The position numbers were made by a program, and so were the translations under genes. DNA of 59,394 nucleotides, counting the filler. It is 6 parts of 6 records of this genome, joined end to end, with 100 filler letters (N's around TTAATTAATTAA, not from the genome) between each part and the next. Parts side by side here need not be neighbours in the genome. Positions count along the whole stretch, not along the records: positions 43,949 to 52,004 come from SRR31156797_14153; positions 52,105 to 59,394 come from SRR31156797_14161; 4 more parts are not named here. One strand, 5' to 3'. Of the stretch, positions 46,603 to 56,338 are shown piece after piece. How positions within the stretch are numbered: position 1 is the first letter of the stretch; every line of letters begins with the position of its first letter. The notes beneath the pieces are model-generated. The model saw only the letters and a program-made list of their open reading frames with translations. It did not search any database and was not told the DNA's origin.

Positions 46603-48114
46603 ATGAAGAATAAATATATTTTAATTTTTACCGTTCTTTTTTCTATCCTTTTGGGATCTTGTAAAGAGGAGTTTCTAGAAGTAGATGCTGCAAGCAGTGT
46701 TTTGATAGATGATTATTATAATACCGAGGAGCGTATTTTTGAAGCTCTTGTGGCTGCATATGATCCACTGTCGTGGACCGATTATGCATGGGGACAATTT
46801 GTGCAATTGAATTTGGTGTCGGATGTAATGTCTGATGATGTTTATGTTGGTGGTAACGATCAAGGTGACCAGGCTGTTCTGCATAAAATGTTTAATTACG
46901 ATGCAACTCCTGAAATTGTTTGTAGCGATTTATGGACAACATTGTATTCTGGAGTAAAGCGTGCCAATGCTGTTTCTGAATATATGGATGATGTTCAGGA
47001 TATTACTGAACCAACAAAAGCACTTTACTTAGCGGAAGCAAAAGTGTTACGATCATACTACTATATGTGGTTGTGGAAGTTATGGGGTAATTTACCTTAT
47101 TATGAAACGAATCTGGATTTTCCATATACAGCAGATCAGTTAAGTGCTACTGAAGTTTATGAGGGTATCGTTACAACTTTAGAAGATGCAATTAACAATG
47201 GTGGTTTGCCAATGAAAACAACTTCTGAAAATACAGGACGTGTTTCTTTGGCAATGGCATACATGATTTATGCTGAGGTGGTAATGTACCAAAATGACGA
47301 AAGTCGTTATGCTACAGCATTAGTTTATATGAACGAAATTATTTCAAGCCAGAATTATAATTTAAATAGTGATTTCGCAAATATTTGGGAAGCAAGTGGT
47401 GAGTGGACTGATGAATCAATATTTGAAGTTAATTACTTTAGTAATAATGGAGGAAAAGATTGGGGATATGCCATTGGTGATGGTGGTACAGTTTATCCTA
47501 AATTGATTGGAATTAATAGTTTGTCAGGAAGTAGTGATTTTGATGGTGGTTGGGGATTTGAACCCGTTCGCCAGGAAGTATATGATTTGTACGATGATAC
47601 TGATCAACGCAAAAATGCTGGAATTTTAAACTTTGCAACTTATGCTGCTCAAACCGGTGCAACTTACGAAGGACGTTATCAGGACACAGGTAATTTCTTA
47701 AAAAAATATCTTCCAAGAGCTAACGGCAACGAAGGTGCTTCAGCTTCTCCTGATATGAACTATAATAATAACCTTAGAGTTTATAGATATTCTGAAACAT
47801 TATTAAATGCGGCAGAATTGCTGGCAAGAGGAGTTTCGGGATCGGGAAGTGCTCAATCTTATTTAGATGAGGTTCGAAATAGAGCTGGTGTTGGCAATGT
47901 TACAGCTACGGTTGATAATATTATTCAGGAACGTCGCCTGGAGTTTGTAGGAGAAGGTAAGCGTTATTGGGATTTAGTTCGCACAGGAATGGCTGCCACA
48001 ACGCTTGTGCCAAACGAGTACAGAACAAATACATGGTCTGAGAATAAAAAATATCTACCAATTCCGCAATCAGAGATGGATTCAGATAGCGGTTTAACTC
48101 AAAATTCTTATTAA
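46603..48114 (+). CDS. susD: SusD/RagB lipoprotein
   Basis: Lipobox LGSC; RYSETLLNAAE, ERRLEFVGEGKRYWDL and LPIP motifs. Confidence 0.95.
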   Translation: MKNKYILIFTVLFSILLGSCKEEFLEVDAASSVLIDDYYNTEERIFEALVAAYDPLSWTDYAWGQFVQLNLVSDVMSDDVYVGGNDQGDQAVLHKMFNYDATPEIVCSDLWTTLYSGVKRANAVSEYMDDVQDITEPTKALYLAEAKVLRSYYYMWLWKLWGNLPYYETNLDFPYTADQLSATEVYEGIVTTLEDAINNGGLPMKTTSENTGRVSLAMAYMIYAEVVMYQNDESRYATALVYMNEIISSQNYNLNSDFANIWEASGEWTDESIFEVNYFSNNGGKDWGYAIGDGGTVYPKLIGINSLSGSSDFDGGWGFEPVRQEVYDLYDDTDQRKNAGILNFATYAAQTGATYEGRYQDTGNFLKKYLPRANGNEGASASPDMNYNNNLRVYRYSETLLNAAELLARGVSGSGSAQSYLDEVRNRAGVGNVTATVDNIIQERRLEFVGEGKRYWDLVRTGMAATTLVPNEYRTNTWSENKKYLPIPQSEMDSDSGLTQNSY

Positions 48115-48133
48115 AGATCAAAAAAATAATAAT

Positions 48134-49000
48134 ATGAAACGTATTAAAACGATATACATAGGCTTATTCGTCATGTTAGTTTCTTTAGGAATGGTTTCCT
48201 GCACTCAGGATACTTACGACGATCAAGAACCTGTAACAGTACAAATGTTAGACGCAACATTTTCAGTAGAGGAAATATCTGCAAATAAATATCAAATAAC
48301 GGCTAATAGTAACGTAAATGTTATTAGTAATTATTGGGATTTAGGAGCAGGAACAGGTTTTTCTACTGGTAGTAATTCATTTGAATTGTTCTTACCTGAT
48401 GCAGGAGAATATGAAATAAAGCATAAAGTTGTTGGAGCAGGTGGAATTTTTAGTGGCGAATCATCCACATTGGTGAATGTTGAAACTTCAGATCCAATTG
48501 CCGGAAATCTTGTTAAAGGCGGTAAATTTTCTTCTGATGATGATATTGCACAGTGGACTATTGGTGGCACAGGAGCTGGCAATGGGACTTGGGATTTTAG
48601 CGAGGGTAATGCTAATTTAACTGCTCCAGGTTGGGGAGGTAACGGTATTTACCAAGCAATAGAGGTTGTTGAAGATCGTACCTACCAGATTGATATGTTT
48701 GTAGGTTCAACTACAGGAGTCTCTGATACTTGGTTTGAGGTTTATTGTGGTTACAGCGATCCGGCAAGCGTATCAGGCGATTACAATGAAGGCGGAATTT
48801 TACTGAAAATTAATACTTGGGAAGGAACTGGAAATGCACCATTTGGCGGTAAATTTACTAGTGTAGGAAGTTCAACTGAATCTAATGGAACTTTTACCGC
48901 AACAGCAAGCGGAACTGTATACCTTTTAATTAGAGGTGGAGGTGGTGATATGAAGGAAGGAATTTATATAGATAATGTAGAATTTCGTTCCGTTCAATAA
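48134..49000 (+). CDS. Surface lipoprotein with PKD-like and CBM-like domains
   Basis: Lipobox VSC; YWDLG..AGEY; NLVKGGKF...YIDNV. Confidence 0.7.
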   Translation: MKRIKTIYIGLFVMLVSLGMVSCTQDTYDDQEPVTVQMLDATFSVEEISANKYQITANSNVNVISNYWDLGAGTGFSTGSNSFELFLPDAGEYEIKHKVVGAGGIFSGESSTLVNVETSDPIAGNLVKGGKFSSDDDIAQWTIGGTGAGNGTWDFSEGNANLTAPGWGGNGIYQAIEVVEDRTYQIDMFVGSTTGVSDTWFEVYCGYSDPASVSGDYNEGGILLKINTWEGTGNAPFGGKFTSVGSSTESNGTFTATASGTVYLLIRGGGGDMKEGIYIDNVEFRSVQ

Positions 49001-49010
49001 AACCAAATGA

Positions 49011-49051
49011 TTTAAAAAGCCTGACTGACTATTGTAGTCAGGCTTTTTAAA
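49011..49051 (+). terminator. Intrinsic terminator
   Basis: AAAAAGCCTGACT...AGTCAGGCTTTTT. Confidence 0.85.
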
Positions 49052-49271
49052 TGACTCGAATTAACTGATACATAAAAGAAATTTTATGTGTAAAATTTAG
49101 CGATTTATAAATACAAGAGGCATTTATAATTTATTACAATCAAATTACTATTGATATAAAGCCTTTTATTTTGTCCACTATGGTGGATGTAAAATAATAA
49201 TAAGATGAAACGAACATGATTATTTTAATCTTGTGACTTCCATCTGATAACTGAGAGAAAAATATAAACAG

Positions 49272-51515
49272 ATGAATATTAGATTATATTTCTTTATCGT
49301 AAGCTTAGTTTTTTTACAAGCATGCGGTCATACCAATAAAGAATCAGATCCAAAGGTTGAAGATTTATTGGCTAAAATGACCATTGAGGAGAAGATTGGA
49401 CAAATGGCTCAAATCAATGGTTTCGGTGGCGATATTCCAAGTGAGCTAAAAGAGAACATTAAAGTTGGTAGAGTTGGTTCTATACTTAATGAGGTTAATG
49501 TAAAAACATTAAACGAAATTCAGAGAATAGCAATTGAAGAAAGTCGTTTAGGTATTCCTTTGCTTATAGGTAGAGACGTTGTTCATGGGTTTAAAACAGC
49601 CTTTCCTATACCTTTGGGTTTAGCAGCAACCTGGAATCCTGAAATTGTTAAGAAAGGATCGGAAATTGCAGCGGCTGAAGCTTCTTCTTCTGGTGTTAAC
49701 TGGACATTTGCTCCTATGATTGACATTTCGAGAGATTCGCGTTGGGGAAGAATTGCAGAAAGTTTTGGAGAAGATCCTTATTTGGTATCACAAATGGCAA
49801 TTGCAAGTACCCAAGGGTTTCAAGGAGTAGAAAATACAAAATTCTCAGATGGTAAAATTGCAGCTTGTGCCAAGCACTTTGTTGGATATGGTGCGGCTGA
49901 AGGAGGTAGAGATTACAATACAACATTGATTCCTGAAAGAGAATTAAGAGATGTTTACCTCCCACCTTTTAAGGCGGCTGTTGATGCAGGTATCATGACA
50001 TTCATGACTGGATTTAATGATTTAAATGGAATTCCAGCTTCTGGAAATCAGTTTTTGTTTAAAGATATTTTAAGAGAAGAGTGGCAATTTAATGGAATGG
50101 TTGTAAGTGATTGGGCATCTATCTCTGAAATGATTGCACATGGTTTTGCTGCCGACGAAAAAGATGCTGCTATGAAAGCAATTAATGCAGGAGTAGACAT
50201 GGAAATGGCTACAAGGTGTTATGCTGAAAACCTTAAGGATTTGATTAATAGTGGTGCAATTGATGAAAGCCTTTTGGATAATGCTGTGCGAAACATATTA
50301 CAAATCAAATTCAAATTGGGTTTGTTTGATAATCCATACGTGCCAGAGGAGAAGCAAAATATTTTTGGAGAAGAAGAGAGTTTGGAAGCTGCATTAAAAG
50401 CTGCCGAACAGAGTGTCGTTCTTCTAAAGAATGAGAATCAATTATTACCATTATCGAAAGATATTAATTCAGTAGCTGTAATTGGTCCAATGTCACATGA
50501 AAAATATGAACAAGGTGGTACCTGGAATTTTGACGGTGATAGTCTTTACTCTGTAACTCCACTTGAGGGAATTAAAGAGATACTGGGTGATAGAAAAGTG
50601 AAATACGTTAAAGGGCTTAACTATTCAAGAGATAATTCTAAATCAGGATTTGATGTGGCGATTAAGGCAGCTAAAAATTCTGATGTTGTAGTTTTATGTC
50701 TTGGAGAGGAAGCTATTATTTCTGGTGAAGCACATTGCAGAGCTCATATTGATTTGCCTGGAGCACAAACAGAGCTAGTAAATGAGATTGCAAAACTGAA
50801 TAAGCCTGTAGTAATGATTGTTATGGCAGGTAGAGCACTTTGTATTGGTGAGGAAGTAAGTAAATCTAATGCGGTATTGTATGCTTGGCATCCTGGATGT
50901 ATGGGTGGAAAAGCATTAGCTAGCCTTATTTTTGGAGATGCAGTTCCTTCTGGTAAGCTGCCAATTACATTTCCTAAGTCAGTAGGACAAATTCCTATGC
51001 ATTACAATCATAAACCATGTGGTCGTCCGGTAGATCCTGCAAATTGGTTATCAATAGATGATATTCCAGTAAAAACATATCAGACTTCTTTAGGTAATAC
51101 ATCACATTATCTTGATGAAGGATTTACTCCATTATTTCCATTTGGTTATGGATTATCTTATACGACTTTTGAGTATTCAAATTTAATAATAGAAACTCCT
51201 TTGCTTAGTGCCAATGAGGAAGTAAAACTATCATTTACTCTTAAAAATTCAGGTAAAATTGAAGCTGAAGAAGTAGCTCAGATATACATTCGTGATGTTG
51301 TAGGAAATGTAACTCGTCCGGTGCGTGAACTAAAAGCATTTAGGAGAGTGAAACTAACTCCAAATCAGGAAAAACAAATTAGTATTACCATTCCAGTAAG
51401 CGAATTGGCTTTTTACAATCAGGCAATCGAAAAAGTTGTAGAAGCAGGATTATTCAAAGTATGGGTTGGTGGAGATTCTAATGCCAATCTGGAAAATTCA
51501 TTTGAAATAAAATAG
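49272..51515 (+). CDS. GH3 beta-glucosidase (BglX-like) lipoprotein
   Basis: DVVHG, RWGRIAESFGEDP, AKHF, nucleophile motif VSDW and FPFGYGLSYT; Fn3-like C-terminus. Confidence 0.93.
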   Translation: MNIRLYFFIVSLVFLQACGHTNKESDPKVEDLLAKMTIEEKIGQMAQINGFGGDIPSELKENIKVGRVGSILNEVNVKTLNEIQRIAIEESRLGIPLLIGRDVVHGFKTAFPIPLGLAATWNPEIVKKGSEIAAAEASSSGVNWTFAPMIDISRDSRWGRIAESFGEDPYLVSQMAIASTQGFQGVENTKFSDGKIAACAKHFVGYGAAEGGRDYNTTLIPERELRDVYLPPFKAAVDAGIMTFMTGFNDLNGIPASGNQFLFKDILREEWQFNGMVVSDWASISEMIAHGFAADEKDAAMKAINAGVDMEMATRCYAENLKDLINSGAIDESLLDNAVRNILQIKFKLGLFDNPYVPEEKQNIFGEEESLEAALKAAEQSVVLLKNENQLLPLSKDINSVAVIGPMSHEKYEQGGTWNFDGDSLYSVTPLEGIKEILGDRKVKYVKGLNYSRDNSKSGFDVAIKAAKNSDVVVLCLGEEAIISGEAHCRAHIDLPGAQTELVNEIAKLNKPVVMIVMAGRALCIGEEVSKSNAVLYAWHPGCMGGKALASLIFGDAVPSGKLPITFPKSVGQIPMHYNHKPCGRPVDPANWLSIDDIPVKTYQTSLGNTSHYLDEGFTPLFPFGYGLSYTTFEYSNLIIETPLLSANEEVKLSFTLKNSGKIEAEEVAQIYIRDVVGNVTRPVRELKAFRRVKLTPNQEKQISITIPVSELAFYNQAIEKVVEAGLFKVWVGGDSNANLENSFEIK

Positions 51516-51553
51516 TTCATTTTTCATAAATTAGTTTTATAAATTAGATGATT

Positions 51554-51584
51554 ACCTCTTCTCATAATTTGAGAGGAGGTTTTT
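51554..51584 (+). terminator. Intrinsic terminator after the GH3 gene
   Basis: ACCTCTTCTCA...TGAGAGGAGGT followed by a T run. Confidence 0.75.
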
Positions 51585-51675
51585 ATTATAGAGTGATTCA
51601 GATACCTATAATCCATTAAATGATAGGAGTTCAATAGATAACTACTATGGATTAAAACAGAGTGAGTACAATGCA

Positions 51676-51712
51676 AACAGCACCATTAAATCAAAGATTT
51701 AATGGTGCTGTT
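51676..51712 (-). terminator. Long hairpin downstream of tmRNA
   Basis: AACAGCACCATTAAATC-AAA-GATTTAATGGTGCTGTT, a perfect 17-bp stem. Confidence 0.7.
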
Positions 51713-51719
51713 ATGTTAA

Positions 51720-52004
51720 GTGGAGCTGCAGGGAATCGAACCCTGGTCCAAACATGCGACCAATAGGCTTTCTACACGCTTAGTGATTTATTAATTTTCG
51801 ACCAAGGTTAGGGAAATCACACCCGAAGTCTTAGCTTATCTTCTAAATTTCGCCGATAACCCGAAGTAAATTATCAACTAACCTCGAATTGATAGCATCC
51901 AATTACTTACCGGAACAAGGTGGAACCATAAGCTGGATGTCTCGTCTCCACTCCTAGAGTGATGATGAAGCTTTAATCTACTATGATTCGATTAAGCAGC
52001 AAGA
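51720..52004 (-). ncRNA. ssrA: tmRNA, 3' portion (5' end lost in the gap)
   Basis: Minus strand ends GGACCAGGGTTCGATTCCCTGCAGCTCCAC (T arm and Ala acceptor stem) and begins with the tag-peptide end CTT GCT GCT TAA (LAA*). Confidence 0.9.
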
Positions 52005-52104
52005 NNNNNNNNNNNNNNNNNNNNNNNNNNNNNNNNNNNNNNNNNNNNTTAATTAATTAANNNNNNNNNNNNNNNNNNNNNNNNNNNNNNNNNNNNNNNN
52101 NNNN
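52005..52104. other. Artificial contig spacer
   Basis: N run with TTAATTAATTAA. Confidence 0.98.
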
Positions 52105-52131
52105 GGTTACGCTTCGCTAACCCAACCTACG
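52105..52131 (-). repeat. GTAG-type REP element, truncated at the contig edge
   Basis: Minus strand GTAGGTTGGGTTAGCGAAGCGTAACC: GTAG tetranucleotide plus an imperfect palindrome. Confidence 0.65.
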
Positions 52132-52176
52132 GGATGGCCTGTAAGGATTAATATTTACTGATAGCGCACAACGGCG

Positions 52177-53346
52177 CTACCCCTTGTAGCTGACGCCGTC
52201 TTTAAGCTTCAGAAATCTCTCCCCGGCGGCGATTAGAGTACTTTCATTTTTGGCAAAATGAAAACGCACAAGGTGATTTACCGGCTCGCGGAAAAAGCTG
52301 GAGCCCGGAACCCCGGCCACTCCTATTTCCTTGATCAGCCAGCGGCAAAAATCCGTGTCATTCTTAATTCCATACTCGGAAAAGTCGACCAAAACATAAT
52401 ACGCGCCCTGGGGATCGGTATAATTTAGCCCGGCCTTGTCCAGGTATCCCAGAAAACAGTCGCGCCTTTTAACATAATCGGCGGCCAGTTGATCGTAATA
52501 ACTCATTGGAAAATCAAGAGCCGTCGCCGCGGCCTCCTGCAAGGGGGCGGGGGCGCCCACTGTCAGAAAGTCGTGGACCTTTCTGGCTTCATTAATAATT
52601 TCCGGAGGCGCGATAATATAACCGAGCCTCCAGCCGGATATGGAATAGGTTTTGGATAATGAACTGCACGAAAGCGTGCGTTCAAACATTCCGGGCAGGG
52701 AAGCGATGTATGTATGTTCATAAGGAGGAAAAATGATGTGTTCGTACACTTCGTCCGTCAGAACGAATGTATCGTATTCAATAGCCAGGTCCGCGATTAA
52801 TTGCAGTTCTTCCCGGGTGAATACCTTGCCCGTGGGATTGGAAGGGTTGCACAGGACAAGAGCCTTTACGCCCTGGGCAAATGCGGCCTTCAGTTCATCC
52901 GGGTCAAAGGAAAAATCAGGCGGACTTAGCGGCACATAAATGGGCTCCGCTCCCGACAGTATTGTATCCGCTCCATAATTCTCATAAAAGGGAGAAAAGA
53001 CAATGACTTTGTCCCTCGGGTTGCATACGGTCATCATGGCCGTGATCATGGCCTCGGTGCTGCCGCAGGTGACGACAAAATTCTCATTAGGGTCCAAATC
53101 CAGTCCCATGAAAAATTTTTGCTTTCTGGCCAAAGCTTCGCGGAAGCTCAAGGCGCCCCAGGTGATGGCATACTGGTGATGGCCGCTGTCCAGGGCTTTA
53201 TGGGCCGCGGCTACAAGTTCCGCCGGCGGATCAAAATCGGGAAAGCCCTGGGAAAGATTAATACAATCATGTTCGTTTGAAATCCTGGTCATCTCGCGTA
53301 TGACGGATTCGGTAAAGTGTTTCAGATGATTGGCTGTGGTGGGCAA
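52177..53346 (-). CDS. Class I/II PLP aminotransferase
   Basis: INLSQGFPD, NPSNPTG, DEVY and SLSKTYSISGWRLG motifs; GGAGG RBS. Confidence 0.93.
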   Translation of the reverse strand: MPTTANHLKHFTESVIREMTRISNEHDCINLSQGFPDFDPPAELVAAAHKALDSGHHQYAITWGALSFREALARKQKFFMGLDLDPNENFVVTCGSTEAMITAMMTVCNPRDKVIVFSPFYENYGADTILSGAEPIYVPLSPPDFSFDPDELKAAFAQGVKALVLCNPSNPTGKVFTREELQLIADLAIEYDTFVLTDEVYEHIIFPPYEHTYIASLPGMFERTLSCSSLSKTYSISGWRLGYIIAPPEIINEARKVHDFLTVGAPAPLQEAAATALDFPMSYYDQLAADYVKRRDCFLGYLDKAGLNYTDPQGAYYVLVDFSEYGIKNDTDFCRWLIKEIGVAGVPGSSFFREPVNHLVRFHFAKNESTLIAAGERFLKLKDGVSYKG

Positions 53347-53712
53347 CTGTAAGGACCTCCAAATATAATTGATTGATATAATTGTAGTATATGTTTAAAA
53401 CAAGGTTGCATTCTATGTTTTCATAAATAAAGAGTCAATCTTAATTTGTTGATGCGGCTGGGTTTCGGGGAATCCGGGGCCGATCATTGAATCTCGGCCC
53501 CCTATCTGTCATATTTAAACAAGTTGGGCATGCGGATGCATAAATCCGATTATCTATATGATATCCAGGTTTTTTCCATTAATTTATCCGGATTTCCCTA
53601 TTCTGCAAAAATGGATTTTCGTGCATCGGCGCATCGCCCGGATACGGCGTGGATCTCATCCAAATCTGGTTTTGAACTTGTGAAAAACAGATATTGATAA
53701 AAAGGAGGACCC

Positions 53713-55419
53713 ATGAGCGTCAAGGACCGCCGCGAAGTAGAGGAATTCGTGGCAGTACAAAAGGACCAGCTAGGTCTGAACGACGATGAAGCTCAAGCGC
53801 TGCTCGATCAGTCCATGGAAGAAGCAGCCTTCGACATTGAAGAGGATGCTGAAGAATTCATTGAATATGAAAGGGCCGAACCGGTGATGGCCGCGGCCCA
53901 ACCGCCCCCGCTTTTCAAGCCCGGAGCTGTATCTCCGGGCGGACCGCCGCCGGAACGTAGAAAAAGAACAAAGGCCGGGAGGAAAGACATGGCTGATCCA
54001 TACTTGCCGCAATCACAAACCATCAAGGCTCGACCAACCAAAGTGAGCAAGACGCGCTCTTTCTTTTTTGAATTCGCCCTGCCGAATGAATATATCGTAC
54101 AGATAGGCGTAAAGGACGCCAAGCCCGTGCTCGGGGGTAAATTTTTCAAGCTGGGTAAAAGATTCCTCAAGTTTCCGGCAGCGGTGCAAACCGTGTATTT
54201 TACATCCGACAATGCCAATAAAAACTACCAGGGGCTCAGAATTGACGGGTACGCCTGTTGGAGAGTGGACCCGGAAAGCTCTGATATGGCGGCCCGGACT
54301 CTTGATTTTTCAGACCAGGAAAATCCAATGGGCAACACGAACAGGATATTGCGAACAATCTGCACCGAGGCTATCCGCCACATTATTGCCAATATCGGGA
54401 TTGAAGAAGCTTTGACTAAAAAAGATGAAATCGGACGGGACCTGAAAGCCCAACTGGAAAGAATAGAGAGAAGTTGGGGCGTCATATTCGACCAGGTTGG
54501 GATAGAGAGAGTCACGATATTGTCTTCAAGCGTCTTTGACGACCTGCAGCAGAAAACCCGGGATAATTTAAGACTCGCCGCATCCGAGAGCCGTATGTCA
54601 ACGGACAGGGAAATCGAAAAGAAAAAAGCTGAATACACTGAAGAAATGGAACAGATGCACAGTAAGACGGAAAAAGAAACCAGGATCAGAAGGGCGTCTA
54701 CTGAGAGCGAAATACATAAAGTGGAGTTGGCTGAACGGGCCAAGAGAGAGACTGAAGAAAGAAAGGCGGCCGAAGAAAGCGCCAGGGAGGAAATGGAATC
54801 CGCTGAAAGGGCTGATGAACAGAAAGCGGAGCAGACCAAGAGGCAGGCGATCAGGGATGCGGAAATAAAATCGGCCTCCGTTGAAGCGGACGCCAAGGCA
54901 GCCGAAGCCCGTTCTGAAAGTGAATCCCTGATGGCTGCAGCCGAGCATCGGAAGCAATTGAAAGTCAAGGAACTGGAGGCGGCTCGCGAGGCCGCATCAT
55001 TAAAAGCGGAAATGGACCTTGAAACTGAAAGGCAGGCGGCTGAACTCGAATTATCCGCCAGGCGATTCGCGCGCAAAATGGAAAAAAAGAAGGAAAAAGC
55101 CCTGGTTGAACATGAACTGGAAGTCAAGCGACTCGAGCGGATCAGGGTGGAGGAGGAAGTCCGCAACCTTCTTTCCGATAACAGGGTGCTGGCGGCGTTG
55201 GTAAAGAATCTGCCGGCCATAGTATCATCAATGAAGATAGATCGTTACACCGTAGTGGACGGGGGGGGAGGTTCGCCTTTGTCCAGCACTATTGCCCAGG
55301 TGCTTTCCATTTTTGATGAACAAGGCCTGGGAAAATTCCTCGGAGATAAACTGGAAAAGGCTGAAACAGTCGAAGTTAAGGCCGACGAGGATGAAAGCGA
55401 CATTAATTTGGAAGAATAA
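53713..55419 (+). CDS. SPFH/band-7 (flotillin-like) protein with long coiled coil
   Basis: PNEY, beta-rich SPFH core, IRHIIANIGIEEAL and SWGVIFDQVGI; Ala/Glu-rich heptads; LPAIV; AGGAGG RBS. Confidence 0.8.
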   Translation: MSVKDRREVEEFVAVQKDQLGLNDDEAQALLDQSMEEAAFDIEEDAEEFIEYERAEPVMAAAQPPPLFKPGAVSPGGPPPERRKRTKAGRKDMADPYLPQSQTIKARPTKVSKTRSFFFEFALPNEYIVQIGVKDAKPVLGGKFFKLGKRFLKFPAAVQTVYFTSDNANKNYQGLRIDGYACWRVDPESSDMAARTLDFSDQENPMGNTNRILRTICTEAIRHIIANIGIEEALTKKDEIGRDLKAQLERIERSWGVIFDQVGIERVTILSSSVFDDLQQKTRDNLRLAASESRMSTDREIEKKKAEYTEEMEQMHSKTEKETRIRRASTESEIHKVELAERAKRETEERKAAEESAREEMESAERADEQKAEQTKRQAIRDAEIKSASVEADAKAAEARSESESLMAAAEHRKQLKVKELEAAREAASLKAEMDLETERQAAELELSARRFARKMEKKKEKALVEHELEVKRLERIRVEEEVRNLLSDNRVLAALVKNLPAIVSSMKIDRYTVVDGGGGSPLSSTIAQVLSIFDEQGLGKFLGDKLEKAETVEVKADEDESDINLEE

Positions 55420-55610
55420 TTTTTAAGATATCAGCTGCGGCGGCCTTAACCAGAGGGCGCCGCGGCCGTCCATTCCTTTATATTTATTTAAACCCGCCCA
55501 TCATATTGATTCCCCGGCATTAATAAAACCATTGGCTTTAGACTGGCATTCGTCCGGGTCGTGATTTATAATCCGCTGGTTTTCAAATAATCCTCAAAAG
55601 CGGTGTAAGA

Positions 55611-56333
55611 GTGATACTTGTAATTTTTGATATAGATGGAACGCTGCTGGATACGAGCGGCGTGGACGATGAGTGCCTGGTCCGGGCCATGGAAATGGTT
55701 TTCGGGATCAAGGTGACTAATTGCAACTGGGATGAATATCCGAGCGCCACGGATTCCGGAGTAATAAACGAGATTGTCAGGCAGGAGCGCGGACGAATTC
55801 CAAATGAATCGGAAATAAATCTTTTCATAGATGAGTTTGTCGGACTGCTCAAGGGTTGTCAACAAAGTGATCCCGGTCTGTTCAGGGAAATAAACGGGGC
55901 GGGCCGCATGCTTGGCCGACTGGTTTCCAGCAAAAAATATTGCGTGGCCGTGGCAACCGGCGGTTGGAAAGCATCGGCGATATTGAAACTCACCCTGGCC
56001 GGACTGCCTCTGGACGGCCTGCCCCTGGCCTCGGCCGATGACAGTCCCGTGCGCGAGAATATTGTTCAGACGGCAATAAAGAAAGCGCAGGCAAAATACA
56101 AAGTCGACAACTTTACCAGAATGATCAGCATCGGCGACGGGCCTTGGGATGTAAAAGCGGCCAGGCTGTTGAATCTGCCGTTTATCGGTATAGGAAAAGG
56201 ATTCTCCCTTGGACCTTTTGGCGCGAAAAGCATGATTGAAGATTATTCCGACCTGAATGCTTTCCTGGAATTATTGGAAAAAGCGGAACCACCCCGGGAT
56301 TTGAAGATGAACGAGAATGACGGCCGTAAATAA
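55611..56333 (+). CDS. HAD-family hydrolase
   Basis: FDIDGTL, ATGG and IGDGPWD motifs. Confidence 0.88.
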   Translation: MILVIFDIDGTLLDTSGVDDECLVRAMEMVFGIKVTNCNWDEYPSATDSGVINEIVRQERGRIPNESEINLFIDEFVGLLKGCQQSDPGLFREINGAGRMLGRLVSSKKYCVAVATGGWKASAILKLTLAGLPLDGLPLASADDSPVRENIVQTAIKKAQAKYKVDNFTRMISIGDGPWDVKAARLLNLPFIGIGKGFSLGPFGAKSMIEDYSDLNAFLELLEKAEPPRDLKMNENDGRK

Positions 56334-56338
56334 GCGGC

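Noticed and set aside
51720-51750. tRNA gene or integration-site duplication
   Set aside because: The T arm and acceptor belong to tmRNA (tag end LAA* upstream); no integrase or duplicated 3' end is visible.
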